64,000 bases of DNA, from NCBI GenBank assembly GCA_000004695.1, contig CM000153.2, positions 576,001-640,000 on the forward strand. Reading direction: 5' to 3'. Shown here piece after piece: positions 33,993-47,299 of this stretch. Positions within the stretch are counted from its first letter, which is position 1, and every line of letters begins with the position of its first letter. The notes under the pieces are model-generated. The model did not search any database. It had not been told where the DNA came from and was given only the letters and a program-made list of their open reading frames with translations. The position numbers were made by a program, and so were the translations under genes. This stretch comes from Dictyostelium discoideum (lineage: Eukaryota).

Positions 33993-34496
33993 TTATTGAT
34001 TATTATTAATTAAATTTTTAATATTTTTAAGTTCTAATTTTGCAGATTTATTTTTTGGATCAAGTTCAATTAATCTTTCTAAATCTAAGATTGATTCATC
34101 ATAATCTTTTAAATGTTTATAAGATTTTGCTCTTTGTTGATAAGCTTTTAGATTATTTGGATCCAATTCTAAAAGTTTTGTACAAGATTCTAATGATGTT
34201 TTCCAATCATTTGTTAATAAACAACATTGAATTTGAGTTTGTAAATTTTCAATCATTTGTTCTTTACTTATAATTTCATTTGAAATTTGTTTATTTGATA
34301 ATATTAAATTATTTAATTGTTTAAATCTTTGATTTGCTTTTTCAAATTCTTTAACTTTAAATAATTGATTACCTTCAACTTTTAATCTTAAAAATTCTGA
34401 TAAAAATTTCTTTTCATTATTATTAATATTATTTTGATTTCCATTTATTAATTTAGAATTTAAATTTTGAGAAGCTTGTTCAATATTAACAGGCAT
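33993..34496 (-). CDS. Small TPR-repeat protein (167 aa)
   Basis: ATG at 34496. Three TPR-like helix pairs (EGNQLFKVKEFEKANQRF...; ...NLKAYQQRAKSYKHLKDYDESILDLERLIELDPKN). Confidence 0.55.
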   Translation of the reverse strand: MPVNIEQASQNLNSKLINGNQNNINNNEKKFLSEFLRLKVEGNQLFKVKEFEKANQRFKQLNNLILSNKQISNEIISKEQMIENLQTQIQCCLLTNDWKTSLESCTKLLELDPNNLKAYQQRAKSYKHLKDYDESILDLERLIELDPKNKSAKLELKNIKNLINNNQ

Positions 34497-34538
34497 TTTT
34501 GAAATTATATATTAAAAAAAAAAAAGAAGAATTAATTT

Positions 34539-34580
<42 letters not shown>

Positions 34581-35002
34581 ATAAATAGTTTTTTGGAAAA
34601 AAAAAATAAAAAAAAAAAAAAAAATAAAAAAATTACCACACCATATCGAATTTATTTAATAAAAAATTTAAATGTATTTTTAAATTAAATGTAGTGATAT
34701 TGATTTGGGAAAAAAAAAATAATAATAATAATTAAAAAAAAAAAAAAAATAAAAAGATAATTTTCATAAATTTAATTATTGCATGTTATTATATTAATAT
34801 TATTTATACAGAAATAATTATTTCTCCTTTATTTTATTTTGTTTTATTTTTTATTATCATTATTTTTATTTTTATTTTGTTTTTTCTTTATTATTATTTT
34901 TAATTTTATTTTATTTTTTTTTTTTTTTTATTTTTTTTCATTTTTTTTTTTTTTTTATTTTTTTTTTTTTTTTTTTATTTTTTAAAAAATTTCAAAAGAT
35001 AA

Positions 35003-35225
35003 ATGAATTCAACAAATAACAGTCAAAAAAGAGAAAGAGAAGATAATGAAGATATCAATAATATAGATAGTGTAAGTTTTATTATTTTTATTATTATTAT
35101 TTTTATTATTTTATTATTTTTTTTTTTTTATTTTTTTTTTTTAAACTTATTTTTTTTTTTTATGTATTAATAAAATTCTATTTAAATTTTAGTATTTCTC
35201 ATCCCTAACATTTTAAATATTTATT

Positions 35226-35258
<33 letters not shown>

Positions 35259-37564
35259 ATATAATGAACAAATTAATTAATTTATTGGGAATATATTTAT
35301 TTATTTTTCTCTAGAAATTAAAAAAAACAGAAACAGAAGCAGATAAAGAATTTAAACCACCATCTTTATTTTCAAAGAATGAAGATAACGATAATATAGC
35401 TTTTAAATCAAATTTTAAACCACCCTCAAAACCATCAGCAAAACCATCATTTGGTGGTATTTCATTTAATATAACCACTAAAGTATTACCACCACAACAA
35501 CAACAACAACAACCAACCATTATTAATAACAATAATGACAATGAAAGCCATGAAGAAAAAGAATCTATAAATAATAGCAATAATGTTAACAATGATAATA
35601 ATAACAATAACAACAGCAGCAGCAGCAAAACAGCCACAACCGGACCAATAAAACCAACTACAACAACAAACACAGTTGGACCTCAAAAACCGACAAATAC
35701 TGTTGGTCCAACAAGACCAACAAAAATGGATGATGATGATAGTAGTGATAGTAGTGATAGTAGTGACGATGAAAATGATGATAAAAATAAAATCCAACAA
35801 GTATCAACAACAACAAAAAACAATATTGGGCCACAGAAACCAACAACAACAACCACTAATGTTGGACCACAAAAACCAACAACAACCACTAATGTTGGAC
35901 CACAGAAACCAACAACAAATAATGTTGGACCACAAAAACCATCAACCACTAATGTTGGACCACAAAAACCAACAACAAATACAATTGGTCCTCAAAGACC
36001 TACAATAAAAGATGACGACGATAGTGATTCAGATTCAGATTCAGATTCAGATGATGATAATTCAAATAAAATTAAAAATGAACAACAAGGAATTGTTGGT
36101 CCAACAAGACCAATAATGAAAAAAGATGATAGTAGTGATTCAGATGATGATGATGATTCAGATGATGATTCAGATGATGATGAAAAAGAAGAAATTGAAA
36201 GATGGAGACAATTAGCAATATCATTACCAATATCACATGAAGTTACAATTAAAGGTCATGCAAGAACTGTATCAAGTATATCAATTGATCCAAGTGGTAG
36301 TAGAATGTTAAGTGGTTCTTATGATTGTAAAGTGAAATTTTGGGATTTCAATGGTATGGATTCATCTTTTAGATCATTTAGAGAGATTGAACCATCAGAG
36401 GGTACACAAGTTAGATCCATTCAATTTAGTAATTTAGGTGATATATTCTCGGCATTACCATACACAACTCAAATTAGAATCTATGATAGGGATGGTCATT
36501 TCAAGAATGAATCGGTTAGTGGTGATAGATTCATTCAGGATCTCTACCATACGAAAGGCCATGTTTCAACATTGACCGCTCAGTGTTGGCATCCCACAGA
36601 AAGGGATGAATTGATTTCGTCATCCATAGATGGTACTATTAGAGTTTGGGATGTGAATCAGTTGAGCAAGAATAAGTCTGTCATAAAATCAAAGAATCAA
36701 AAGGGTAGTAGAGTGGGTGTTTCCAATTGTTGTTTTGACCAACGTGGTGATTTAGTCACTGGTGGTATGTCTGATGGTACTATCGCCCAATGGGACAAAC
36801 GTTCGACTTTGTTGAAACCAAAATTCACTTTTCAAGATGCCCACGAGTTTGGCACCCAAGTTACCTCGATTCAATACAATCGTGATTGCTACTCTATGAT
36901 TTCCCGTGGCATGGATTCAACATTACGAGTTTGGGACCTTAGAAATCCTTTGAAACCCTTGGTGGTTTGGGATGACCTACTATGTGATTACATTGAAACC
37001 AACACTATATTCGGCTCCTATGATAGAGTGATTGTAACTGGTACATCAGCGCCTAAAGGAGGCTTTGGCTCAATTGTTATCTACGATCTATCAAGTTTAA
37101 CCAAAATGAGACAAATTAGAGTGGACAATGATGTTAGTGTAGTCAATTGTCATTGGTCAACCAAATTGAATCAAATCTTTTTCGGTTGTTCAGATTCATC
37201 AATTCGTGGTTTCTACGATCCAACTCAAAGTGTAAATGGTTTGAAACTTTGTGCTTCAAAAGCACCAAGAGTTAAAAATGTGGCCGATTTCGAACCTGAT
37301 AGACCAATCATCACACCAAATACTCTTCCTCTATTCAGACAAACTAATTCTAAAAAAGAAAAGAAATCTCAAAAAATTAATCCTTCAAAAGAACAACTTA
37401 AAAGTACAACATACACTTCAAATAGTACTATGAAACATTTAGTTTCAAAAATTGGTATTATTAATAATACTTCTTGGAAAGAAGATGCAAGAGAATCTTT
37501 CCTTAGAGTAGCAAATAAAAAAGAACAACAACAACAAGAACAACAAAAAGAGGAAAAAAAATAA
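35003..37564 (+). CDS. wdr70: WDR70 (Gad-1-like WD-repeat protein) homolog (~772 aa); join(35003..35071,35315..37564)
   Basis: Exon 1 is MNSTNNSQKREREDNEDINNIDS|GTAAGT, acceptor TTCTCTAG at 35314. The central region ITIKGHARTVSSISIDPSGSRMLSGSYDCKVKFWDFNGMDSSFRSFREIEPSE aligns with human WDR70 (ITLKHGTKTVSALGLDPSGARLVTGGYDYDVKFWDFAGMDASFKAFRSLQPCE). N-terminal [NT][NIV]GPQ[KR]P repeats and acidic Ser/Asp tracts parallel the WDR70 IGPPLPP motifs. Confidence 0.7.
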
Positions 37565-37896
37565 ACAATTAATTAAATAAATAATTTTAAAAAAACATAA
37601 TAATAATAATTATAATACTTTATAAATAATTCTTTTAGAAAAAAAAAGAAAAAAAAAAAAAAAAATTTAGAAATTTCAAAATCAATTTCTGATTCATTCC
37701 ATTCAAAACATTTTGAACAAAAATTTTTCAATTTTTATTTTTATTTTTTTTTAATTTTTATTTTATTTTTATTTTTTTTTTTTTTTTTTTTGACAGATTT
37801 TTATTTTTTTTATTTTTTTTATTTTTTTATTTTTTTTATATTTTTTTTTTTATTTTTTGAAAGGATTGTAATAATAATAATAAATAAATAAATAAA

Positions 37897-38845
37897 ATGA
37901 ATATACTTAAAGCTTTAGTAGTTTTATGTTTTGTTTACGTTTCAATGGGTATCAAAGTTGATACTCAAACTGGTTTGAGATATACCAGAGAATCATGTTA
38001 TAAAAAGAGTGATAATCAACAAAGAGAACTCATTTTATCAACTCAACCAAAAGATATGAATCTTGAAGTTCCACAATCATGGGATTGGAGAAATGTAAGT
38101 GGTGTCAATTATCTCACAATGAATCGTAATCAACATATTCCACAATATTGTGGTGGTTGTTGGGCTTTCGCTTCAACAAGTTCTATCTCTGATAGAATTA
38201 AAATTCAACGTAAAGCTGCTTTCCCAGATGTCAACGTTGCTCCACAACATCTTATTGATTGTAATGGTGGTGGTACATGTGGTAAGTTGTTTTATATATC
38301 ATAAAAAAAAAAAAAAAAAAAAAAAAATTAATTAATTTATAAATATATGTGTTTAAATGATAATTAATAATTAATAACAATTATAAAGATGGTGGTGACC
38401 CAGGTGATGCTTTCGCTTTTATCAATGAAAATGGTATTGTTGATGAAACTTGCAAAGTAAGTAATTAGTTAATTAGTTAAAATATTGGAAAATGAAAATG
38501 ACGATGATGACCATGATGAAAATATTAACTAATAATTTTTTATAATAGCCATACCAAGCTAAAAATTTACCAGACGAATGTTCACCAGCTTGCAAAACCT
38601 GTAATCCAGATGGTGTATGTACCTTTTTTTTTTTATTTTTTTTTTTTTATTTTCAAATATACAATAATAAATATTAATTTTTTTTTTTTTTTGTTTTCAA
38701 ATATATGAATAGACTTGTCAAGCTATTCCAGTTCATACCAATATCACTGTAACTGAATATGGTTCAGTTAGAGGTGCTAAAGATATGATGGCTGAAATTT
38801 ATGCTCGTGGTCCAATCGCTTGTTCAATTGGTATGTATTTATTTT

Positions 38846-38897
<52 letters not shown>

Positions 38898-39290
38898 CTT
38901 TCTATTTTAATAATAACTAATATTAACAAATAAATTATTTTATCTATAATTAATAGATGCTACCTCTAAATTAGAAGCCTATACCTCAGGTATCTTCAAG
39001 GAATTCAAACTCGACCCACTGTAAGTTTTATTTTATTTCATTTTTTACCAAAATAACCTTTATTCTAACTATAACTATTATTATTATTTTTTTTAATTAG
39101 TCCAAATCACATCATCAGTGTTATTGGTTGGGGTGTACAAGACTCAACTCCATATTGGATCGTTCGTAATTCTTGGGGTAGTTATTATGGTGAAGGTGGT
39201 TTCTTCAACATTGTCCAAGGTTCTCTTTTCGAAAATTTAGGTATTGAGTTAGACTGTAACTGGGCTGTTCCATCTGTATCTTTTGCTTAA
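37897..39290 (+). CDS. Cathepsin Z/X-like papain-family cysteine protease (296 aa); join(37897..38281,38389..38456,38541..38606,38713..38830,38957..39020,39101..39290)
   Basis: Signal peptide MNILKALVVLCFVYVSMG. Active-site HIPQYCGGCWAFASTSSISDRIKI (cathepsin X: [24 protein letters not shown]). Five introns with GTAAGT or GTATGT donors and AG acceptors, all phases consistent. C-terminus NHIISVIGWGVQDSTPYWIVRNSWG is collinear with cathepsin X. Confidence 0.75.
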
Positions 39291-39511
39291 ACTAAATAAA
39301 TAATAATTATCATCATCGATTTATTTTAATTTTAATTTTGATTTATTTTTATTTTTATTATTTTTTTATTGGTAAATATATAAAAATTATCATTATTTAA
39401 ATTGGTGATAAAAATAGAAATAATAATAATTTTATTATGTTTAGAAAAAAAAAAAAAAAAAATTAATTGGATTTTGAAAATAATAAGAAATATAATAATT
39501 AATAATAATAA

Positions 39512-39542
<31 letters not shown>

Positions 39543-39657
39543 TAAAAATATAAAAAATCTTTAAATAGAACCATGCTAAATTATTTTTTTTTATTTTTTT
39601 TTTTAATTTTTAAAATTATTTTAATTTCAAAGGGATTGCTCTTTTTTTTTCACTTTT

Positions 39658-39715
<58 letters not shown>

Positions 39716-39745
39716 ATTATTTTAATTTCAAAGTTTAAAACAAAA

Positions 39746-39790
<45 letters not shown>

Positions 39791-39803
39791 GTAGAAATTC
39801 AAT

Positions 39804-40597
39804 ATGATATTAAAATATGATACATCATTTAGTTTATCATTTCCAGTTGGTAAGAAATATGTTATTGGACAATTTCATCTTAAATGTGGTGAAGAGGTAT
39901 CATCAGCAGTTGATCAATTTATGAATGAATATGATATACCATGTTATTTTAGAATTAGTTTATTAAATACAATTGAAAATTTAATAAAACAAGATAAAAT
40001 ATTAACAAAAGATAATGACGATATTGAAATTATATTAAACATTAAAGATGGTGAAATCATTTTTGACCATAATGAAAATACCAATACCAATACCAATATC
40101 AATAATAATTGTTATATTAGTACATCAACAATAATTAATCAATTGTCAAATCAATATAGTGAAAAAATACAATATTGGAATAAATTAGCTGGTAGTAAAG
40201 AAAGTGAAGAACAAAAACAACAAGAAGAAAGAATTTCAACATTTTTATATTTAGTAGATAAGAATTCAGATACAAGAGAGAGAATTATAAATCAAGAGGA
40301 ACTATTTGCAACAGAGACATCAATATTATTAGTAAAGAAACAAGATGATCTTAAACAATTGAATGAAAAACATTCACGTGAAATGGAGGATGCATTTAGA
40401 AATTCATTACAACCTGATCAAGTTGAATTGATTGTTGCTCAAAATATGAAACAAGTCGATGAATTCGACCAATATTATGATCATGAAATTAATATTTTAA
40501 AACAAAAACAAAAATTTGAATTTTCAAAGTTTTTAAATGATCTTTATTGGTTAGAAAAAACAAAAGATGATTTAGATGAAATTGAATCATTTAATTC

Positions 40598-40637
<40 letters not shown>

Positions 40638-40878
40638 ACACCACAAAAACAACAACCACCACCACCACAACAAACACCACAACAATCGCAACAATCTCAA
40701 CCACAAAGCAGTGGTGGTATTATAGATTCTATTGGTCAAAATTTAGATAAAGGTGTAGCTAGAGCATCCTCATTTTTTTCATTTGGTTTTAATAAAAAGA
40801 ATAATCAAACACCTCCAATAAATTCACCACCTTCAACTCCACAACTTTCATCTGATGATCCAAATAATGTAAATAATA

Positions 40879-40921
<43 letters not shown>

Positions 40922-41073
40922 ACAATCTAAACCGATAGGAATTAATAATAATAATAATAATAATAGTAGTAATAATAGACAAAGAACCGATTCACAAGTA
41001 TCACCACCAAACTCATTAAATTCATCATCTCCAAATAAACCGCCACAACCAACAACACCATTAAATAATAATA

Positions 41074-41114
<41 letters not shown>

Positions 41115-42044
41115 TCAATACAAAGAAAATCAAGTACAGGTTCAAGTAGTACAAATTTACAACCAACATTACAAAGAAAACAAAGTGGTGGTGCAGGAAA
41201 TATACCAATTATTAATAGTGGTAGTAGTAGTAGTAAATTTGAAGATTTTACAATTGGAGTTGGTGTTCAAAAGAAAAAAATATTTAATTTTAAATTAATT
41301 GAAGAATCACCATTACAATTATGTAGACCAATAACATCATTAACTGGTGATTATAAAAAATCGAAAAGAGTTGATTATATAAAAACATTATATTCAGATT
41401 CATTATCTGCTGTTATATTAATCATTGATCCATCATTACAATTCAATACAGAGAATGAAAAGAAATTTATAAAATATTGTAATATGTCAACTGAATTACA
41501 TTTTGATTCAATTGATTCTCAAATTCATACATTTAAACAATCATTATTAAAAGAAGAAGAAAGAGAAAAAGAAGAAAATAATAATAATAATAATAATATA
41601 AAATTAAGTAATGGTGACTTTTTTATTACAAAACATTCAAATTTATCAGATGTTCAAGTTGTATTTCATTTAGTTATTGATAGTAAAAATAGAACACCAT
41701 TGGGTGGTGATAATCAGTTATCAACAACATCTGATATTGCAAAAGGGTTAAGAAATATTTTATTAACAGCTTCAAAGTATGGTATTGGTAATATAACAAT
41801 ACCAATTTGTTTAACTGAATCTGAATTAGATTTAAATGTAACAAATAGTAATCTTTTATCGCGTTGTGTATCAGTTTTAAGTGTAACAAGAGCTTCATTA
41901 ACAAGTTTACAAGAAATGACTTCAATTAAAACTGTTCAATTCTCTTTACCTTCACAATTAGATTCTGGTAATACAATATTTAAAGGTCCAATCGCTCAAA
42001 AATGGAAATCTGCTATTAATCCATTTTTATATTTATCAAATTAA
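39804..42044 (+). CDS. Hypothetical protein (746 aa) with structured N- and C-terminal regions flanking a long Gln/Asn/Ser/Pro-rich linker
   Basis: Single ORF from ATG 39804 to TAA 42042-42044. No confidently recognised domain. The N-terminus (MILKYDTSFSLSFPVGKKYVIGQFHLKCGEEV...) and C-terminus (~250 aa, ...FITKHSNLSDVQVVFHLVIDSKNRTPLGGDNQ...) look globular. Confidence 0.5.
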
Positions 42045-42241
42045 ATAATATAAATAATATAAATAATTAAAATAAATAAATAAATAATAATATATTAAAT
42101 AACTAAAATATATTTCAATTTTAATTTTTTTATTTTATTTTTAATTTTATACAAATAAATTTTAAAAAAAGAAAAAAAAGAGGAAAAAAAAAAAAAAAAA
42201 AAAGATATTAATTAAAAAAAAAAAAAAGGAAAATAAATAAA

Positions 42242-42242
<1 letters not shown>

Positions 42243-42302
<60 letters not shown>
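42243..42302. repeat. (GATT)15 tetranucleotide microsatellite immediately 3' of the Bdp1-like gene
   Basis: Perfect GATT x15 read directly. Confidence 0.9.
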
Positions 42303-42303
<1 letters not shown>

Positions 42304-42311
42304 AAAAAATA

Positions 42312-43784
42312 TTAATATTCATAATCATTTGTATTATAATTATCATTTTCCATTGCATAAGGATCATAATTTTGAGTATTTTGTTGTTGTTGTTGAGCTT
42401 GTTGTGATTCATAAGTTTGAGAGTCCATAACAACTTCTTTTTGATATTTACCAACTGCAGGACGATAAGCACCACTAATACCACCATTGAAAGATGAATC
42501 AACACCTTTATTAATTGAATCCCTATAATCATCATCTTCATCATCTTCATTGAGTTCACCAGTTGCATCTCCACCCATCTTGAGTATATCATCAATCTTT
42601 TTCTTTTGGTCTTCTCTATCTTTTTGTTGTTTAGCAACATGATCTCTTTGTTTTTTAAAATCTTCAATATTATAATCTATTCTACCTTTTAATATATCAT
42701 CCAATAAATTTGGATTATCATTTTGTTCTCTCTTAAATTTAGATTTTAATTGACGTCTTGTTCTATGTGGAAATACTTTTTCTAATACTGAAAAATCTGT
42801 ACCATATCTTTTTAATTGCTAAAATAAATAAAAAAAAAAAATAAAAAAAAAAAAAGTGAAATTAATATTTATAATTATTTTAATATATATAAATATATAA
42901 TTATATATTAAACTTACAATAAAAAAGTCTTGAGTTTCAGCTTCAGACCATCTTTTTGAAGCTATTCTTTTTGAGAAACTATTATTAGTTATATGATCTT
43001 GACCATCTTCTAATACGGGTGCATCACCATATGGATTATCATCTTCTTGATTTTGTTTAATTACTAATTGACCATTAACAAATTCGATTGCGGGTGCATT
43101 AATATCTTCACCATTAAAGGATGGTGGCTCTTCGCCATTTAATCTTGCAGAAGCAGTTGCAGCTTTTTGTTGTGCCAATGAACGACGATGATGATTTAAA
43201 ATTTGTTGTTGATTGTCTTTAAGTGCTTTCTCTCTTTCCAATGTTGATTTCATTGTATCACCAATGATTCTCTTTTTAATTAAATCACCCAATGTATAAT
43301 TATTAACTTCAGTTGGTTCAATCTCTTCATAATTATCCTCAATATTTTTTTTAACTCTTTTCTTTTTAACTTTTTTTTCTTTTTTAATTTTTTTTATACT
43401 TAAAGTATTTTTATTTGAAGTTGAAGTTGTAGTTGTAGTAGTAGTAGTTGTAGAAGTAGGAGTAGTTAATTCTTTATTTTCTTTTTCTTTTTCATTTTCA
43501 TTTTCTTTTTCATTTTCATTTAATCCATCATCTTTTTCTTCTTGGTTTTTATTGTTATCGTCATCATCATCATCTAATATTGATGTTGTATATTTTCTTT
43601 TTTTTTTTAATTCTGGTATAAAAGGTTGGTATGGTGTTTCATTTTCTTTATCTTTATCTTGGTTCTCTTTTTCTATTTCTTTTTCTATCTCTCTTTCTAT
43701 CTCTTTTCCTATATCTAGTCCTATCTCTATTCCTATCTCTTTTTCTTTATCATTAACTTCATTATCTGATTTTTCTTTATCCAT
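42312..43784 (-). CDS. bdp1: TFIIIB subunit B'' (Bdp1) homolog with extended SANT domain (457 aa); complement(join(42312..42818,42918..43784))
   Basis: Spliced across a 99-bp GTAAGT...TTTTAG intron. It yields ...SKRWSEAETQDFFIQLKRYGTDFSVLEKVFPHRTRRQLKSKFKREQNDNPNLLDDILK, matching the Bdp1 SANT domain (human ...[52 protein letters not shown]). Acidic, Lys-rich N-terminal region and Thr tract. Confidence 0.6.
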
Positions 43785-44086
43785 TTAAATTTTGAATTTT
43801 TTATTTTAAATAAAAAAAATGTAATAAAAAAATTTTTTACAAAAATAGCGGGAATTAGTGACAAAAAAAAAAAAAAAAAAAAAATTAAAAAAAATTAAAA
43901 AAAAAAAGAATAAAAATAAAAATAAAATTCTTTTTTCCAAATTAAAAAAAAATAATATATTTAGTAAAAAGAAATTATTTTCATACAATCTATTAATCAA
44001 ATAAAACTCTAATAAATAAATATATATATATAAATAATAAATAATAAATAATAATAAATAAATTATCTCTAGAGGATAAAAAAAGA
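43785..44086. promoter_or_regulatory. Divergent intergenic (putative bidirectional promoter) region between Bdp1 (-) and the ABC transporter (+)
   Basis: ~300 bp of pure A/T between two divergent ATGs. Confidence 0.3.
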
Positions 44087-45681
44087 ATGACCAATAATTG
44101 TAAAATTACATTTAAAAATCAATTAAAAGCATTACTTGGTAAAGCTATATTATTAAAAAAGAAAAAAAGAAAAGAAACAATAACTGAATTTACACAAGGT
44201 ATACAATACATAATTGTTTTAGTGATTTTACATTATACAATACCAAATGTGATTACATTGAATACCTATAGTCCGGTAGGATTAGGTTATCCAACATCTG
44301 GTTTCCCATTATGTTATGTATCAAATGTGCCATTCAATCAAACATCAAATTTGCATCTACTATTAAACTCGACACAGTTACCAATATCACAAATAGTTCA
44401 ATTCCCAAATGAACAATCATTAATTGATTCCTATAAATCCAATCCCCAATCAATTACCTATGGTATAAGTTTTAATAATATAGATTATCAAAATAATATT
44501 CTAGATTATAATATACTCTTAAATAGTACTTTTCAAAATACACAATTAATTTCAATAGTTCAAAATTTATTTCTATCAACATTTGCTGAAATTAAAGGTA
44601 TCACCACCACCACCACCACCACATTGTCAAGTATTGAAGAATTTCCAAATTTAACGAGTTCAGTTAGTGTTAGTTCTTATTTATATGTTATTTATTTACC
44701 ATTGTTATTTTTATTCAGTTTGCAACAATTATTGGTCACATCTGTTACAGAGAGGAAGAATCATATTAAGGAGGTAATGAAAGTGATGGGTTTAAAAGAA
44801 TTGGTTTATTGGGTTACAATTATTATAGTTCAAACAATTACAAATGTGATAAACATTTTATTAGTGATGGTTGTATTATATTTCACTAAAACTCTGACCA
44901 CATCATTGAATCCGGTGATGCTGTTTTTACAATTTCTATTATACTCTTTCAGTATGGTTGCAATTGGTATTATATTATCAAACCTTGTAGATACCCCAAA
45001 GACTGCATCGGCAATCAGTAGTTTCTTATTACTGATATTGGTTGGTGTATCATGTTTCTATCAATTCTATTTAAAGTCAAAAACTTCATCATCATGGCTA
45101 CGTTCAATTCTGTTCCTATTTTCACCATGTGCATTTGGTGAATTTCTTTATAAAATGGGTAATGATCAACAAATGATGTTAACAACCAATTGGTCAGATC
45201 CACAAGTTAAAATATCATTCCTTTTCTTAATAATCGATATTTTCTTATATTTTACAATTGCATGGTATATAACTGAACTTTATAAAGATAATACTGATGA
45301 AAATTCAATTACAAAATCATTTACTTTCTTTTTATCATTATCATATTGGAAATCAATATTTAATTTAAGATCATCATCATCTTCTTCTTCCCTTCCTCTT
45401 CTAAATAATAATAATAATTGTAATAATAATAATACATCACCTTCTTCATCATCTTCTTCTCAATCATCACCATTAAATAAACCATTACTTAGTGGTGATA
45501 GTGATGATGATGAGAATGATATTGGTATAAGATTAGTAAATTTAAAGAAAACTTATAAAAATCCAATAACAAAAGAAACTGTTAATGCTGTAAATGATGT
45601 ATCCTATACTATTAAAAAAGGTACAATCCTTGCTTTATTAGGTCAAAATGGTAGTGGCAAAACTTCAACAATTGGGTAACT

Positions 45682-45729
<48 letters not shown>

Positions 45730-46845
45730 TTTTATAATATTATTATTTTATTAATTATTTATTATTATAGAATGTTAAATGGTATGCGTAGTCCAAGTAG
45801 TGGTGATGCATTTATAAATGGTTTATCAATAAAATATGATATGGATAAAATTAGAGAGAATGGTATTGGATTATGCCATCAATCTAATATTCTTTATGAT
45901 GAATTTACATGTGCTGAACATATTGCACTTTATTCAAGATTAAAAGGTTTGTTTGTAGACGGTGGTGGTGCCAATGGGGATAATAAGAGAATCATGATGG
46001 ATAATTTCATAATGGAATCATTGGGTGAAGTTAATTTGGTGGATAAAAAAGACACACAATCAATTAAATTAAGTGGTGGTATGAAGAGAAGATTATGTTT
46101 AGCAATTTCATTGATTGGTAATCCATCGATTCTATTATTGGATGAACCATCATCTGGTTTGGATAGTTTATCTCAACATATGATTTGTGAATTGTTACAA
46201 AGAAAGAAACCAAATAAAACAATCATTCTAACAACTCATAATTTAGATTCCGCTGAATTGTTAGGTGATAAAATTTGTATTATGACAAGTGGTAAAGTTA
46301 AAGCAATGGGTTCATCATTGGAACTAAAAAATCAATTCAATTTAGGCTATATCCTTACCATTGTCTATGATAAATCACTTTCATTATTACAACCACCAAA
46401 TATAAATCAACAATTTGAATCTTTCTTTTTTAATAAATTTAATGATTCAACTCAAAGTAAACAAAATTTAAAAAATATTCAATCATTTTATAATATATTT
46501 AATAATAATAATAATGAAAATAATAGTAATAATAGTGATGGTAGTAGTAGTAGTAGTGATAGTAGTAGTAGTAAAGATGTATTATTAAATATAAAAAATA
46601 ATAATAATAATAATAATAATAATGAAGAAAGAGGATTTAGTAGTGGTCAAAGAGATTTAGAATTAGAATATTCTTTAACACATCAATCAACTGATGTTAT
46701 AACTGAATTTTTGGAAGAATTGGAATCGAGACAAGATGAATTTAAAATTAAAAGAATTTCAATGTCAATGACCACACTTGATGAAGTGTTTTTAAAAGTT
46801 TCAGAGGAGGAAACTATCAATAAAAATAAGCAACCGACAAGTTAA
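44087..46845 (+). CDS. ABC transporter, ABCA-like half transporter (TMD-NBD, ~887 aa); join(44087..45675,45771..46845)
   Basis: N-terminal membrane domain with multiple TM helices. Walker A GQNGSGKTSTIG is split by an intron 45676..45770 (donor GG|GTAACT; the intron contains an (ATTT)n repeat; acceptor TTATTATAG). Exon 2 carries the ABC signature LSGGMKRRL and Walker B LLLDEPSSGLD. The motif order HQSNILYDEFTCAEHIALYSRLKG is ABCA-like. Confidence 0.7.
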
Positions 46846-47264
46846 ATAATCTTTGAAAAAGAGGAAAAAAAAAAAATTAAAAAATTAAAAAAAAAAAAAA
46901 AAAAAAAAAAGTTATTTTTAGAATAATAATTTATAATAAAAGTGGTTTTAATTTAAATGAAAATAATAAAAACACATTAATAAAGATAAAAATTTATTTA
47001 TTTATTAAAAAAATAAGTTAATGATTAGATTAAGTAACCATCATCTAAAAAAAAAAAAAAAAAATAATAATAATAAAAAAAAAAAAAGGTTCTCCAATGA
47101 ACTGTAAGAATATATATATGCTGAATAGTCGTATCTGAAACATTGAAATAAGTATCAATATCTGATTTGTTACATTATAACCTGTATTTTTAACTCGTCT
47201 GGACATTAAAACATTTTTTTTTTTTTTTTTTTATTATTATTTTGTGTTTGTTGATTTTGGAAAA

Positions 47265-47299
<35 letters not shown>

